This document shows positions 53,901-64,000 of a stretch of 64,000 nt of DNA, piece by piece. The first letter of the stretch is position 1. Each line of letters begins with the position of its first letter. The notes below the pieces were generated by a model. That model ran no database searches. It worked only from the letters and a program-made list of their open reading frames with translations, and had not been told where the DNA came from. Source of the stretch: Minutocellus sp. GHC0000111 (taxonomy: Eukaryota). The DNA lies in assembly GCA_977018835.1 (NCBI GenBank), contig OZ361260.1:744001-808000 (forward strand), read 5' to 3'. Made by a program: the position numbers and the translations under genes.

Positions 53901-54509
53901 GTTTACGGTCAGGCGCAGCAAGTCCAGCAGAATTATGCTCACTCGCAAGCCGCCATGGCCGCTTACCAGGCCCATGCTTCTGCGGCCGGTGCGGCACGAG
54001 CTCCGGCGGCTCCTGCCAACTACTACGGTTACGGATATCCGCAGCAGCAGCAACAGCAGTACGTTCCTACTCAGCAGACGTCAAGACCAGGAATGCCGAC
54101 TGCGCCCACTGGTACCATGGCCATGGCTGCTGCTGCCGGTGCAGCAGCGACGGCACCTACGGCTGCTGCTGCTGTTCAGCAACCGCCGCAGCAGCAACAG
54201 GCCCCGACCCAGGTTGCTCAGCAGGCCTTGGCGGCATATCAGGCTCAGCAGCCGCAGGCGCAAATCGCTGCACCAGCAGGTGCAGCGGCAGCGGCTTCCT
54301 CGACGAACAGTGTCACCCATCAACAGAGGTATTCGCAAGAGGCCATCAGAAATCGCACATACGGCGATGGTAGCGTTGCGCCGGCTGTCCCTCCCAAACG
54401 GGACGACAACGGTCTCTTCCAGCGACCCTCTGGCAGGTCAAGGAAAGGAATGGACTGGGACGCCGTGCACGGAGTTTGGCGCCCATCCCTAGGCGGTGAT
54501 GTGAGCTAA
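50907..54509 (+). CDS. Large acidic/coiled-coil, Ala/Gln-rich protein of unknown function, probably nuclear
   Basis: 1200-aa ORF with strong GC3 bias; ends in the compact motif GLFQRPSGRSRKGMDWDAVHGVW. Confidence 0.8.
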   Translation: MPRGGRSSRSPTASGSGSGGGGSMLTRKPATHPDENTPQHKANLVRNLGRNDAEIAAIVRCNRSLRTLRDEIRQRHGEETLLDVGEGTIRLKTGELGGTACPTVVRMVPGVIVDADGYRKLIEDRMAEVMKERALRQADGNAGSDDADDANADDEANAAKQSDAADGDGATVINTIPPDEVPLDDPDHESDPTNPRTRTNLIRAFLLRLHLRRRLLNLLFRRMNRLARAMDGESAISSGLNGPTPPRYGDFRFLLDETQDEFRQFEAQFQKKVEARRNVEERRALRRNKELGLVKGDDDDDDGSAEDEVMADADTAEAKPEEVDGPTSSSSSPSDATIAKLILPQEDIDDLNVLMETDVGRDKMVTYQDLTKPLQALGGGGSGSPNKSKTPAAAKKSTPSSKMDAAVEKETAANTEAVAADIDAEATAEDADRAGQAEAGTKTEGPPSAIEVKAEATEENNGVANDGTSDTPAVKADDKKADDEEEELPPLPELVPGKIRKIVTLPLASSDPGPEERDFASAKFTAAGGGGIGAFNRSMNSREREVEFNRWKTDVLAKVPEQPTFAELGLENRVFGLEARRKKAAEAAAAAAAANGGDKMEDDDDDKAADDDDAMDVDDEGKSRKRSADDADEGNEEEEENEGDDNGADKSKEEAGKEKIKRPDIFKKKKLISLAAAPSFHMQDQHRVREVHKELLVRSRYEKTQKMVDEANAAYNKAYAVSTEVHNRKNQQTNELNMQSARVRMVENSANATHQATTNAQRALWQKAYEQWCSRRMKAGLAVPPMPIEQQAPATAAASQNGNTAATPTSGADTRPSAVNGTPLTAAKSSDSAATEEEREAASALGAVVDKVAKEEGGEKKEPVYNDPSVLENVPAEAENFPAFTVPPMNADLAAALAKERQKEAALRKQVTEDTVKLNAAEEERKKAWRQMLKLKGELQTAQAGGSAGSGSRSQRRRPPASRRAPAPAPAAATYRAPAPAARAPAAAATTAYAGHSAVYGQAQQVQQNYAHSQAAMAAYQAHASAAGAARAPAAPANYYGYGYPQQQQQQYVPTQQTSRPGMPTAPTGTMAMAAAAGAAATAPTAAAAVQQPPQQQQAPTQVAQQALAAYQAQQPQAQIAAPAGAAAAASSTNSVTHQQRYSQEAIRNRTYGDGSVAPAVPPKRDDNGLFQRPSGRSRKGMDWDAVHGVWRPSLGGDVS

Positions 54510-54701
54510 TGCAGTTTTCTCATTGGATTGTGAGTACTTTCTTGTGGGTCAAGAGAGGAACCAAATCGTGTGAATTTGGTGGGAGATGCAATCAAGGAAA
54601 TATGGAGTGGCATCGCGCGATGGATAGTGGTAAAACAGTTTAAGACAAAGCAAATTGCTGAAAAAAGCAGCGAGCTTCGTGGCTTATTTTATGCACACCG
54701 C

Positions 54702-57700
54702 CTACGCCTCCGTTGCCATGGCAAACACTGTGGAGCTGTAGGCTCCGGAGCCCATCTTATTTCTAGCCAATACTCGAACGTAGTAAATGCGGCCGGGGAT
54801 GAGACCCTCAACTGTCGTTGCCAGTTGGTTGGTTGTCTTTCGAATGCTACCGTGGTGGAATCCTTCCTCTTGGTTCAGTTCCACCTCGTACTCCTGAACG
54901 GCGCTGCCCCCGTTGGAAGCTGAGAGACTGGAACCATAGGGCGTTGGACAGGGTGCAGGATCATTCTCTGTGCCGCTGCAGGGTATGGAGTGGTGAGGAA
55001 AAACGGGATGGAGCCACGATATGTCAATCGATCCGACCAAGGACCCGGACGTTGCAGTCGGCGAGTAGGGCTTGCCTGGTACTTGGTTGGCAGGGATGAC
55101 ATGGCTTGGGTTGGCAACGCGAGACATTCCTACCCCGGCACTGTTGATGGCCCCGACACGAACGTAGTACGCCTTTCGTTTGTTGAGCAATTCAATCGTA
55201 AAAGATTCATTGGACGCATCAATGTCCCTGTAGCCCTTGTTGGGTGGCATGGCGTAGGAGATGAAGTCTTCTCGTTCGTCCCATTCGACGCGATACTTGG
55301 TGATGGAATCACCACCGTCGCTCATGGGCGGTGACCATCCGACCGTCACCATGGTTTCGCTCGTTGATGCGAGTACAATCGACCTGGGAGGGTCTGGAGT
55401 ACGATGAGGATTGAGGCTGGGAGGAGTACTGGACTGCCATTGGCCCTGGCCCATTTCATTCACAGCACTCACCCGTACGTAGTAGTTTGTGCCAGGGGAA
55501 AGGCCTTCAATCGTCTTGTAAAATGGTGCTCCTCCGGAGAGATATTCCACCGACGAAGTCTCGGCATTGCTAAAGTCGCTCGAGGTGCTCCACTGCACCA
55601 TGTATTGGATAATCCCAGCCCCTCCATTGTCACTGGGTGGGGCAAACATGACAATAAGTTCTGTGTCAGATGCAACATCCAACGACACGCTCGTCGGGGG
55701 TCCAGGAATCACCATCGGAGCCTGAGGCTCGGATGCAATCGCCGGCAACGAATACCCTTCGGAATTGACCTCCAAGACACGGGCGTGGTACGCCAAGCCC
55801 TTTACCAGTCCGCCCAGACTTGGAACGGTCAAGGTGCCGTGACAAGCCTCGTATGACTCTCCTCGAGTCAAGAGTCTAGCCGATACGCTGGCCGAGCCAA
55901 CGTCGTTGGCTGTGGTGAGTGATGCCGTTCCCAGGCTGATATCAAAGTCGCTGCCTGAAGGTAGGGCATCGTCCAAAAAGGTAATCCTCCAAACGAAGGT
56001 GTTGCTGTCGCTGGGCCCATCGCGATCAACGAGGACACCAGCTGTAATGGCGTGCGTCAGGTCTTGTAACTTGCTTTGCATACTACCACTTTGCTTCTCG
56101 CTTTCCTCAGAGCAAAGCATTGCATCGATTTGGCAATGGATTCGTGATGACAGAGGATCCCCCCGGCCGCCATAGTGGCGAGTCGTTGCCGCTTGAAGCC
56201 CGTCGATGCCTACAAAGGGTTCCGTGAGGATAATGAGGTTGGTTGCCACGGATTGGACTTGGTAATACTTGAAGGGCGCCGATTGGCCACTGAACCGTAC
56301 GCGATCGCCCTCAAATACTATGGTCTCGACGTCCGTTGCAGGCACGGTGAGCACGGTAGCACTGCCACTTGTGGTGGAAAATATAGCCGGCAATTCATCG
56401 ATTGTGCCCGTTTCGTTGTACTGCAGAGCTGGTGCATCGTAGGGTATGTCAGATGTAATGTAATTGTAGCCGTTGACCTGAACGTTGAGTGTGAAGGACC
56501 CACCCGAAACGACGCCCTCTTCTGCCGTGGTCGTTTCGACTCTCCACACCTTACGTTTGTTGTTGTTGGGACAGGTGAATTCCTCCACTATTGGGTTGTC
56601 AAATGAGGGCGATGGATCCAACTCCACGCGGTAGCGCAATATGTCGTCGCCGCCGTCGCTGACTGGCGGACTAAAGCTCACCTTGACGCTATCACTGTAC
56701 CCATTATTGACGTCCAGTGTCACATCAGAGGGCCTTACGGGTATTTGAATCGGTGGAATTATAGACGATGGCGAAGGAATCATTCGAGGACCGTAGCCAT
56801 GCTTTTCATTTCTTGCCGAAACAGCAACTGCATACTCCTCTCCTGGAGTCAGATTGGAAATTGTATAGGAGTGAACTGATGCATCCAGCTCCTCGATCGA
56901 TCCATAATTAACGGGCTCTTCTCCTGGAATAGCTGCCGAATCTTTTACATCAAAAGCGTTGACGGAGTTGTCTCCATCAAAGACTCTTACCCTGGCCTGA
57001 TTAGGAGATGGCGACGTCGTTGTTGTGAGATGGGCATCGTCCACCAATAATCGGTCCACATTGCCAACGTTCGACACAAAAGTTATTTCGTAGTGATGGA
57101 GCAGATGTGTACCCGATGGATCGTCTGTGCCTGTAGTCGCCTCTTGAATAACGCTGTCGTTCTGAACAACAATGACGTCGCCCACGGTCGATAACTGTTC
57201 CAGAGCCAACTCCAATTCCGAAGCTTCTGCGTGAGCTGAAATGTATGGGGTGTACTCGGATCCTGCAAATTTAAGCCTGTAGAAGCCCCCGACGTGGTCG
57301 ACACTCGAAACAGATCCAGATCCCACCACTTGGAGATATTGCACCTCGCTCTGTCCCATGGCCCTTTGGCCATCCTGCGTAGTTGCGACTGTAATCGTTG
57401 GTGACCCGGCATCTCCATTTGCCGACACACTGCCCACTAGAGCAACAATGTCGCCATCATTAGTGTCTCGATCGGGATGGTTGCCAAAGGTTACGTGCCA
57501 TGCATAGCCATTGGTCAACGTCGAACGAGACACATGCACGTCCTGCAAAAGGTTGGGATCTTCGGTCTCGCTCCAACCCAGATTGATGAGCTCACGTCGG
57601 ACCAGGTCGGCTGGTGCATCCCATGGCAACATGGCCGTCTCCTTCTTCATCTCGGGCGTAGGACTGTAGCTTAAACTAAACTTGGTATTGGAAAGACCAA

Positions 57701-58136
57701 ATGTCGAATACTGCAGCTTGATGACTTGGACCTCGGGTGCCTTGCATGAGATACAGTACCATTCCGCCTTGTATCCCGAAACAGAAGGAGCGGTGGAAGG
57801 TGCATCCCAAGTGACGGTAGCTTCTGTGATGGGGAGAGGCGAATGAGAAAGTGTAGCGAGATAGCCATTCGACGGTGCGTTGGGTGGACCAGATGGTGAA
57901 ATGGGAGTGGCTACAATGGAATTTCCGACGCCGACTCCATTCCTTGCGGCTATTGAAATTGTATAATCGTTGTCTGGTAACAAGGCTTCGTCATCGATGA
58001 GGTTGTACACGTATCTACCATCAGGTAGTCTGTCCAATTGGTCTACTGATACCTCGATTGACTTGGCCGAAGCCGAAGTTACTACTAGTAGAGCGAAGAG
58101 AAGCAGAAGGCCGAGCAGAACGATGAATGGTGGCAT
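54702..58136 (-). CDS. Secreted multi-fibronectin type III protein, probably internally deleted
   Basis: Signal peptide MPPFIVLLGLLLLFALLV; repeated PP.SDGG..I..Y.VEW and Y.VRV.A.N..G FN3 motifs; EVQ modules. Confidence 0.85.
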   Translation of the reverse strand: MPPFIVLLGLLLLFALLVVTSASAKSIEVSVDQLDRLPDGRYVYNLIDDEALLPDNDYTISIAARNGVGVGNSIVATPISPSGPPNAPSNGYLATLSHSPLPITEATVTWDAPSTAPSVSGYKAEWYCISCKAPEVQVIKLQYSTFGLSNTKFSLSYSPTPEMKKETAMLPWDAPADLVRRELINLGWSETEDPNLLQDVHVSRSTLTNGYAWHVTFGNHPDRDTNDGDIVALVGSVSANGDAGSPTITVATTQDGQRAMGQSEVQYLQVVGSGSVSSVDHVGGFYRLKFAGSEYTPYISAHAEASELELALEQLSTVGDVIVVQNDSVIQEATTGTDDPSGTHLLHHYEITFVSNVGNVDRLLVDDAHLTTTTSPSPNQARVRVFDGDNSVNAFDVKDSAAIPGEEPVNYGSIEELDASVHSYTISNLTPGEEYAVAVSARNEKHGYGPRMIPSPSSIIPPIQIPVRPSDVTLDVNNGYSDSVKVSFSPPVSDGGDDILRYRVELDPSPSFDNPIVEEFTCPNNNKRKVWRVETTTAEEGVVSGGSFTLNVQVNGYNYITSDIPYDAPALQYNETGTIDELPAIFSTTSGSATVLTVPATDVETIVFEGDRVRFSGQSAPFKYYQVQSVATNLIILTEPFVGIDGLQAATTRHYGGRGDPLSSRIHCQIDAMLCSEESEKQSGSMQSKLQDLTHAITAGVLVDRDGPSDSNTFVWRITFLDDALPSGSDFDISLGTASLTTANDVGSASVSARLLTRGESYEACHGTLTVPSLGGLVKGLAYHARVLEVNSEGYSLPAIASEPQAPMVIPGPPTSVSLDVASDTELIVMFAPPSDNGGAGIIQYMVQWSTSSDFSNAETSSVEYLSGGAPFYKTIEGLSPGTNYYVRVSAVNEMGQGQWQSSTPPSLNPHRTPDPPRSIVLASTSETMVTVGWSPPMSDGGDSITKYRVEWDEREDFISYAMPPNKGYRDIDASNESFTIELLNKRKAYYVRVGAINSAGVGMSRVANPSHVIPANQVPGKPYSPTATSGSLVGSIDISWLHPVFPHHSIPCSGTENDPAPCPTPYGSSLSASNGGSAVQEYEVELNQEEGFHHGSIRKTTNQLATTVEGLIPGRIYYVRVLARNKMGSGAYSSTVFAMATEA

Positions 58137-58528
58137 AAGGCATGGATAGTTGATAGTTTGGGCGTGCGTGTGGAGTTGGGCGGGGTGCTGCTTGGATGGA
58201 GTGAGCGAGGAGGATTGCGTGGATGGATGGAGGTTGAGTACGGAAGAATCGCAAGGCTGAGGATGTAGGTACATGTAGGGGCGTCAGATCTGTCAGACGA
58301 CATTTCATATTTGTGTCTCATATTAATATCGATGCGGAATGAAATGAATTAGTTATGCTGTGTAGATTCTTGAAGAAGCAATCGCAGTGTACGTAACTAG
58401 AAGTGATGAATTACTGGCTCTCTAGCTACGAAGCGATATCTGTCTGTAACTTGGGTGGAGCGTAGGCCCTGTCTACGTCTAAGTCTAAGTCTAAGTGTGT
58501 TTATATTTACAGTGGCAACTCCACGATC

Positions 58529-58645
58529 CTAGTATTGGATAATCGCCGCTGGAATCTGGTGCTGCATCATCGGAAGCGGACCGCCCTCATAGTCGAGGGT
58601 GAGGTACTGGTCCGGGAACGGGTTGGTCGCCTCCCTGGGGGGCAT
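58529..58645 (-). pseudogene. 5' fragment of the ARM gene truncated at the duplication breakpoint (38-aa chimeric ORF)
   Basis: MPPREATNPF...PMMQH then novel QIPAAIIQY*. Confidence 0.8.
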
Positions 58646-59395
58646 GGTTGCGGGGTGGGGGTCCAGTCTGGTCTGGTCTGGGCTCTGTGATTTGTGAGCT
58701 TGCTTGTGTCACAAGAAGCGTTGAGAAAATCAAAGAGAGACGGCGCTTCGTGCCAAAAAAATGGCGCCAGCGCGCAACTCGAAAAAACTTGTTCTGAAAC
58801 AATTTCGAAAGTCCAATAATTTCCATATTTAAAGGTTCTCTTATAATACAAATATGTAATTTTTGTAAATACCTTTTTGTTGGCATGAAGGCTTGTGGAA
58901 AACATACCTAAAATCCCTAGTATTTCGGTGGCGCTGCCGGGACATGAAGACACGGCGTGCCCGGCTCGATTTTGTTCAAAAAAAGAATTTGAACGAAAAT
59001 TTGACTTTGCCGCCCGAGGAACAATGATACCGGTACGCCGAATCATTTGGCATACCAATATATTCCCCATGCAGCATGTCATGTGTTACATGTAGTCAAC
59101 AAGCAAAACATTCAAACTCAAACGGTCGCCCTGCCTGCCACAACAATGACGATGAGTCCTGCGCACGATCCAACAGACAGGAAGTGACGACAGCATTGGC
59201 CGAAAAATGCAGAACAAAGCCCGAGCCTCAAAATTTCAAAGCCCCGTATAAGATTACACAGCTTATGGCAATTGATGCGCTTTAACGTACGTAAACAATG
59301 GAAATAAACTCAAGCCAATCTACATCGAACACATTTGTTTTTTATCTCGTCGCTCCGTTGAATAATTTTTATTTTCACCAAATCTTCTGCCATTG

Positions 59396-60157
59396 TCATT
59401 TCAATCTCTTGATCACCCTCGCTGGTACGCCGGCAACGACCACGTCATCCTCCACATCTTTGGTAACGACGGATCCCGCCGCGACTACAACTCGACTTCC
59501 GATGGCAACGCCGGGCAGCACAACTGCACACCCTCCGATCCAAACATCGTCCCCTATGGATATTGGCAGGGCATATTCCGTACTTCTCCGCTCGATGGCA
59601 TCCAATGGGTGAGTTGCCGTGTAAATTTGCACACCCGGCGCCAGGAATACATTATTCCCGATGGTAATCTTGGCGCAGTCCAGCATTGTGCAATTGAAAT
59701 TGGCATAAAAGTTCCGACCGACCGATATGTTGGTCCCATAATCGACGTAGAATGGTGGTTCAATAGTTATGTCTGGATACGATGATGCTGCTGCTGAGCT
59801 GCTGCTGGCGTGATGTTCACCGCCATTCTCATTGGGTGTGGTCAGCAGAGTTTCGAGTATACACTTTTTCTCGCCTGGTGTTCGATCGGATTTGTTGTAT
59901 TCCTTTACGAGGTCATGGGCGGCCTCTCTCATGTTCAATAGAAGCGGCTCGTTGCAATCATAGGGTTTCCCGTCGATCATCATGGGCAGCTGCGTGGAGG
60001 ATGCCTGGGCCGATGCCACTGCTCGTCGAAATCGACGGCACTTGCGGCGCCACATCAGCCGGCTGTTGATATATTTGAGGACAATGGTAGTGATGACGGA
60101 GGCTCCGGCCGCCGATGCGATAATGGGCAAGATATGGATTGACTTGTTTGATGTCAT
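59396..60157 (-). CDS. maa: Maltose O-acetyltransferase, duplicate copy
   Basis: Protein identical to 30896-31657. Confidence 0.9.
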   Translation of the reverse strand: MTSNKSIHILPIIASAAGASVITTIVLKYINSRLMWRRKCRRFRRAVASAQASSTQLPMMIDGKPYDCNEPLLLNMREAAHDLVKEYNKSDRTPGEKKCILETLLTTPNENGGEHHASSSSAAASSYPDITIEPPFYVDYGTNISVGRNFYANFNCTMLDCAKITIGNNVFLAPGVQIYTATHPLDAIERRSTEYALPISIGDDVWIGGCAVVLPGVAIGSRVVVAAGSVVTKDVEDDVVVAGVPARVIKRLK

Positions 60158-60838
60158 GGTGCTTCGATCTACATCGTGCTATTTGCTGTTTCTAATTTGC
60201 AATCTGATGTTTTCACATGACAGATCAAGTTCCACCACGTGTGACAAGCTAGGCTAGCTAGCAAGTGTTTGCCACGTACCTACTAGGTAGCTGCAAACCA
60301 ACCAATACGAGTGAATCGAATATCGATGGCGCTGAATCTTGACCTTTGATGGAAAAAGGACGGGACCAAAACTCTCAAAAACCAATTTACATCAGATTTC
60401 ATCGAGAGCGCACAAGCCGATACATAAGCCCCAAGACACCACCATAAATGTAGAGGAGCTGAAACGCTGAAGGGGACGTCCGTACGATTAGAAGTATCAG
60501 CGCTCATAAGTTCGCAGAAATGGTGCTGGGCCTTTGGATTGTGCTGGCTGTTCTGTCGGACAAAAAGCGAACTTGGATCTAATCATCGTTCTGCTGGAAC
60601 ACGAACACACACAGAAACAAGTCGACGCTATCCCACTTTCATCTCACAAATAAATTGAAACAACTGCACAACAGCAAGTCCACAAAATAAACAGCTCAGT
60701 CAATCGCTACCAACAAATTAATCTAAGCATCGAATCGAATCACTTCAGTTGTTATCGGTAACCCTTCAAAGTACCACCACGCGCAGCATAACATCAATCT
60801 AATCTCAATTCATTTTTTGTAGGCCAAAACTGCCCATC

Positions 60839-61375
60839 ATGACCGCCCCATCCGAGAGAGTCAACATGGCCGACGATGCCAACAAATCGTCCAGGTCCTC
60901 AAGATCATCCACGTCTGTTACGTCCACGACGTCTGCCGACATATTGGAGGAAGCCTTCTCAACCGACAGCATGAAGAAATTCAATGGACACGGCAGCAGC
61001 GCGACCATCGGTGCCCGTCGTGGAAGGAAGAAATCTTCCGAGAACCGGGAGGAGGGCGATGATGACGAGGACCTCAACAGCGACGAAATCATGGATGAGA
61101 TCTACGCTACAGATTCCATGAAGCGTTTCAAGAAGAAGACCTCAACGGAAACTCCCGACTCTACTTCGTCCGGATCGACCGAAGAGTCGACCGGCCGCCA
61201 CAGACGCACCGGCAGAAGACGCCACGAGGGTGACCTCACCTCGATCAGAGAGGACAAATCGGCCCACAATCTCGTCGAGGGTCTTCGCTCATTCCGCTTA
61301 GAAAAAGAACGCCTCAATCGTGGCAGCAGTGGCGGCAATAAACAGCAAAAGGTCTTCACGCCCAAGATGGCCTAA
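60839..61375 (+). CDS. Hypothetical protein, duplicate copy
   Basis: Identical to 32339-32875. Confidence 0.65.
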   Translation: MTAPSERVNMADDANKSSRSSRSSTSVTSTTSADILEEAFSTDSMKKFNGHGSSATIGARRGRKKSSENREEGDDDEDLNSDEIMDEIYATDSMKRFKKKTSTETPDSTSSGSTEESTGRHRRTGRRRHEGDLTSIREDKSAHNLVEGLRSFRLEKERLNRGSSGGNKQQKVFTPKMA

Positions 61376-61565
61376 AAAAAAGATATGTACCATTTGTAAA
61401 AATCCAGAAACGTAAATAGATTAATGAAACCGAATTGAATTGTAAGAATAGTTTTGATATCATAATTTTCAATTTTATTTGAGTCTGGCCTAGGTCTAGC
61501 TACGTGGCTACCAGTGCTACTACGTAGTATCTCAAGATGGTCTACTGCGTAGCTACGTAATACTT

Positions 61566-62642
61566 TTATGCAACAAATGCCGATTTCTCGTCACGAATAA
61601 AATCTCGAATCGACCTCCCAGGACGATTCAGCAATTGCTCCACTTGCCCTGTTACTTCTTTATATTTTCCCAATTCTTCTAGGAAAGGCCGCAGTCCCTT
61701 CGCAGCGACCGACGGGATTCCATTTGATTCCAAGGCTGCCTCGAGTGATATATTTTCAATCTCCACAGATCTTTTTAGCTCATCTGATATCGCTCCTGCA
61801 ACATCCTTCCTAATGCTTACGGCAGACGGGCCCGTCAATTCGTAACTTTTGTTGCCGTGCTCTTCTGCTGGTTTTGTTGATGACAAGATGTTTGCTGCCA
61901 CTGACGCTACATCGATGCAATCTATCATCGAAATCGTACATTCGGCCATTGGATGAGTTGCTTTCATTTGGCCTTCAGGAGCAAGTGGAACATTTATGCC
62001 AAGGAAGCTGCCTGCGGTCAGCACTTGCATGAACATATTTGGGCGCAATACACAGTAGTTCCCGTCGCAGTTCGCACGAAGATATTCCTCTACAACTCGA
62101 TGTTCCTTGGCATATGCTGATGCTCCCTCTCCATCGTTTGCATCCATTATCGGTGTCGCTGTGCTTAGCTTTGTAGTGAACAGATTGTTATCCGTGCTTT
62201 TTGTATGAGCAATTGCTTCTTTCAACACATTCAACTCAAGATTTGCTTGGTCTGGTACGTTGCCACACGACAAAAATAAGCGGCATTCGTCGGTGGAAGG
62301 GATAGATTCAAAAGCGTCCCTCAATTGCTCTGGACTTGAATAATCTGCCTCCATTATGGAGAGACCAGCGATGGCATCGTCAACGCCACCTGTATTCTTC
62401 ATCATCGTCTTGAGTTTGTTGGCATCTCGAACCAACGCTACAATCTGGTTGGATGGTTCGCCATCATTGTTATTCAGCAGCTCACGAAGCAGCCGTGAAC
62501 CTACTTTGCCACAGGCTCCGCTCACAACAATCGTTGTGGATGGGCTTGCGAGTGCCATCGCGTGGGAATAATGAGAAAATAAGAGTGCGTGCAAAAATAC
62601 AATCGGAAAGATAATATCGAATGGTAATTGGAAATACCTCAT
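61566..62642 (-). CDS. NmrA-like SDR, duplicate copy
   Basis: Identical protein; one synonymous SNP at 62229. Confidence 0.88.
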   Translation of the reverse strand: MRYFQLPFDIIFPIVFLHALLFSHYSHAMALASPSTTIVVSGACGKVGSRLLRELLNNNDGEPSNQIVALVRDANKLKTMMKNTGGVDDAIAGLSIMEADYSSPEQLRDAFESIPSTDECRLFLSCGNVPDQANLELNVLKEAIAHTKSTDNNLFTTKLSTATPIMDANDGEGASAYAKEHRVVEEYLRANCDGNYCVLRPNMFMQVLTAGSFLGINVPLAPEGQMKATHPMAECTISMIDCIDVASVAANILSSTKPAEEHGNKSYELTGPSAVSIRKDVAGAISDELKRSVEIENISLEAALESNGIPSVAAKGLRPFLEELGKYKEVTGQVEQLLNRPGRSIRDFIRDEKSAFVA

Positions 62643-62969
62643 CTTTACATGAGGTAGCTTCCTTGATTGATTGTGCACGTTCTGGTGCCGGTGGGTGACT
62701 GGCTTGCTTGGCTGGCGATCAGCCGTGTGGCAGCGTGGTAGGCCTAGCTAGCCTACGTACGTACGTAGCTGTGGTAGCCGGTGAGTCAGCCACTCCGGGT
62801 TTCTTTCGAGGTGGTTTGCTTTCAAGGGCGTCGAAGAGTATCTCTTCCATCACTTCACTTGAACGTGCTTTCAAGGGCGTCAAAGAGTATCTTTTCCATC
62901 ACTTCACTTGAACGTGAAGCCAAAAAGCATTCCAACTTCAATCCAATTCTTGAAATTGCATTTATCACC

Positions 62970-63634
62970 ATGGGTAAGTCGCGCGGCGCCATCTATCCGC
63001 GCTTAGAGGCAGGCCGTCGTCAGGGGCTGGAGGCTCCTGGTGGCTAATGGCTTATCGTCTCATCTTGGATCGCCATGGCATTTTCTCATCAATAACAATC
63101 ACAATTCGGGCCATCGTCAGAGGCTGGAGGCTCGTGGTGGCTTAAAAATGGCACATGACACATCTTCTCATCTTGGGTCGCAATGGTTTTCTCATCAGTA
63201 ACAATCACGCTTCAACTCATCGCGTCCACATTTCTTGTCATTTCCCTTGTCATTCCCTTTTTTATTTGGCAGCCACTATTTCTCCTAACGAGTGCGAGAG
63301 GTTGAACGACTACCTCGGCCCGAAGACTCCCGGCGGTTGTTTCGTACTGGGCCACAACGACGGCGATGATCCCTTTACGCATGGCGTCGAGAAGGGCGAA
63401 ACTCCTTTCCAGGGCAAGGATGCCACCCATCATCGCAACTCGTGGCTTTGGCCCAAGTTGGCCCGTCGTGTGACGAAAAACAGTGACCTTCATCAGTCGC
63501 GCTGGCGCCGCCCTGTCGAAGTCAGCGGTGATGAGTGCAACCGCATCTACAATCTTCTCAAGCTCAAGCTTGAAGATAGCCAGGAGGCCCTCGATGAGCT
63601 CCCCGTGGGATGCAAGAAGTTTGTCATGTCGTAG
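62970..63634 (+). CDS. Hypothetical 121-aa spliced protein, duplicate copy
   Basis: Copy of 34470-35134. Confidence 0.6.
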
Positions 63635-63892
63635 ATCCAATTCAGATTGTTTTTATTGTATGAGTATGGCGGGCTGGATCAATGTTTGTTTTGCTCATTC
63701 GAGGAGAGGCGGAGGCAACGAGAGGAAGTCGACAAGCTGGAGAAAAATAGCGTGGTGTTGTAATTTTTTAAAAGAAGATATATGCTAATTGTGGAAATGC
63801 CTTATTTTGCAGCAGGCAACAGATTCCTTTTCGTCTCTACATCTATCTTTTACACATCTACTAGGTATCTATTACTTTCACATCATCAACAG

Positions 63893-64000
63893 TTATTTGA
63901 ATTGTTCAAATACATTTGTCGGGTCTAATCTCATGCCCAGGGCACAATGCAAGTTATTGAGACCCTGGGTACTGGACAAGCTCAGCCAGGCCATGCTGTA
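63893..64000 (-). CDS. PGGT1B: 3' end of duplicate GGTase-I beta gene (partial)
   Basis: Copy of 35393-35500. Confidence 0.85.
   Translation of the reverse strand, partial: YSMAWLSLSSTQGLNNLHCALGMRLDPTNVFEQFK

Larger units (their letters stand above)
58559..64000. repeat. Segmental duplication, copy 2 (runs off the window end)
   Basis: Matches 30059-35500. Confidence 0.97.

Noticed and set aside
58477..58497. (GTCTAA)3 as a telomere-like seed near the duplication breakpoint
   Set aside because: Only three units and not the TTAGGG-type repeat.

Overview
Gene-dense eukaryotic nuclear DNA. It is most likely a diatom (inference from short GT-AG introns, bipartite plastid-targeting N-termini, diatom-type FN3/HA/FG-GAP proteins and an RXL/KXXK silaffin-like peptide). 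About 28 distinct protein genes are present, plus a complete 3.4-kb Tc1/mariner DD39D transposon with TIRs and a TA target duplication. The last 5.4 kb (58559-64000) is a near-identical copy of 30059-35500. The window carries several rearrangement scars: an in-frame 520-bp ARM-segment duplication, a deletion fusing an HA-domain gene to a GST, a probable large deletion in an FN3 gene, small frameshifting deletions and an in-frame TAA. Some of these may be assembly errors. The most interesting items, none shown as such in the ORF track, are a candidate intronic H/ACA snoRNA with an 18S rRNA-complementary pocket, a spliced 95-aa silaffin-like secreted peptide, a head-to-head pair of stand-alone I9-like protease inhibitors, and a possible TpA-directed mutation signature in the transposon that contrasts with TpA-palindrome-rich intergenic tracts. 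All calls were made by eye; no database searches were run.
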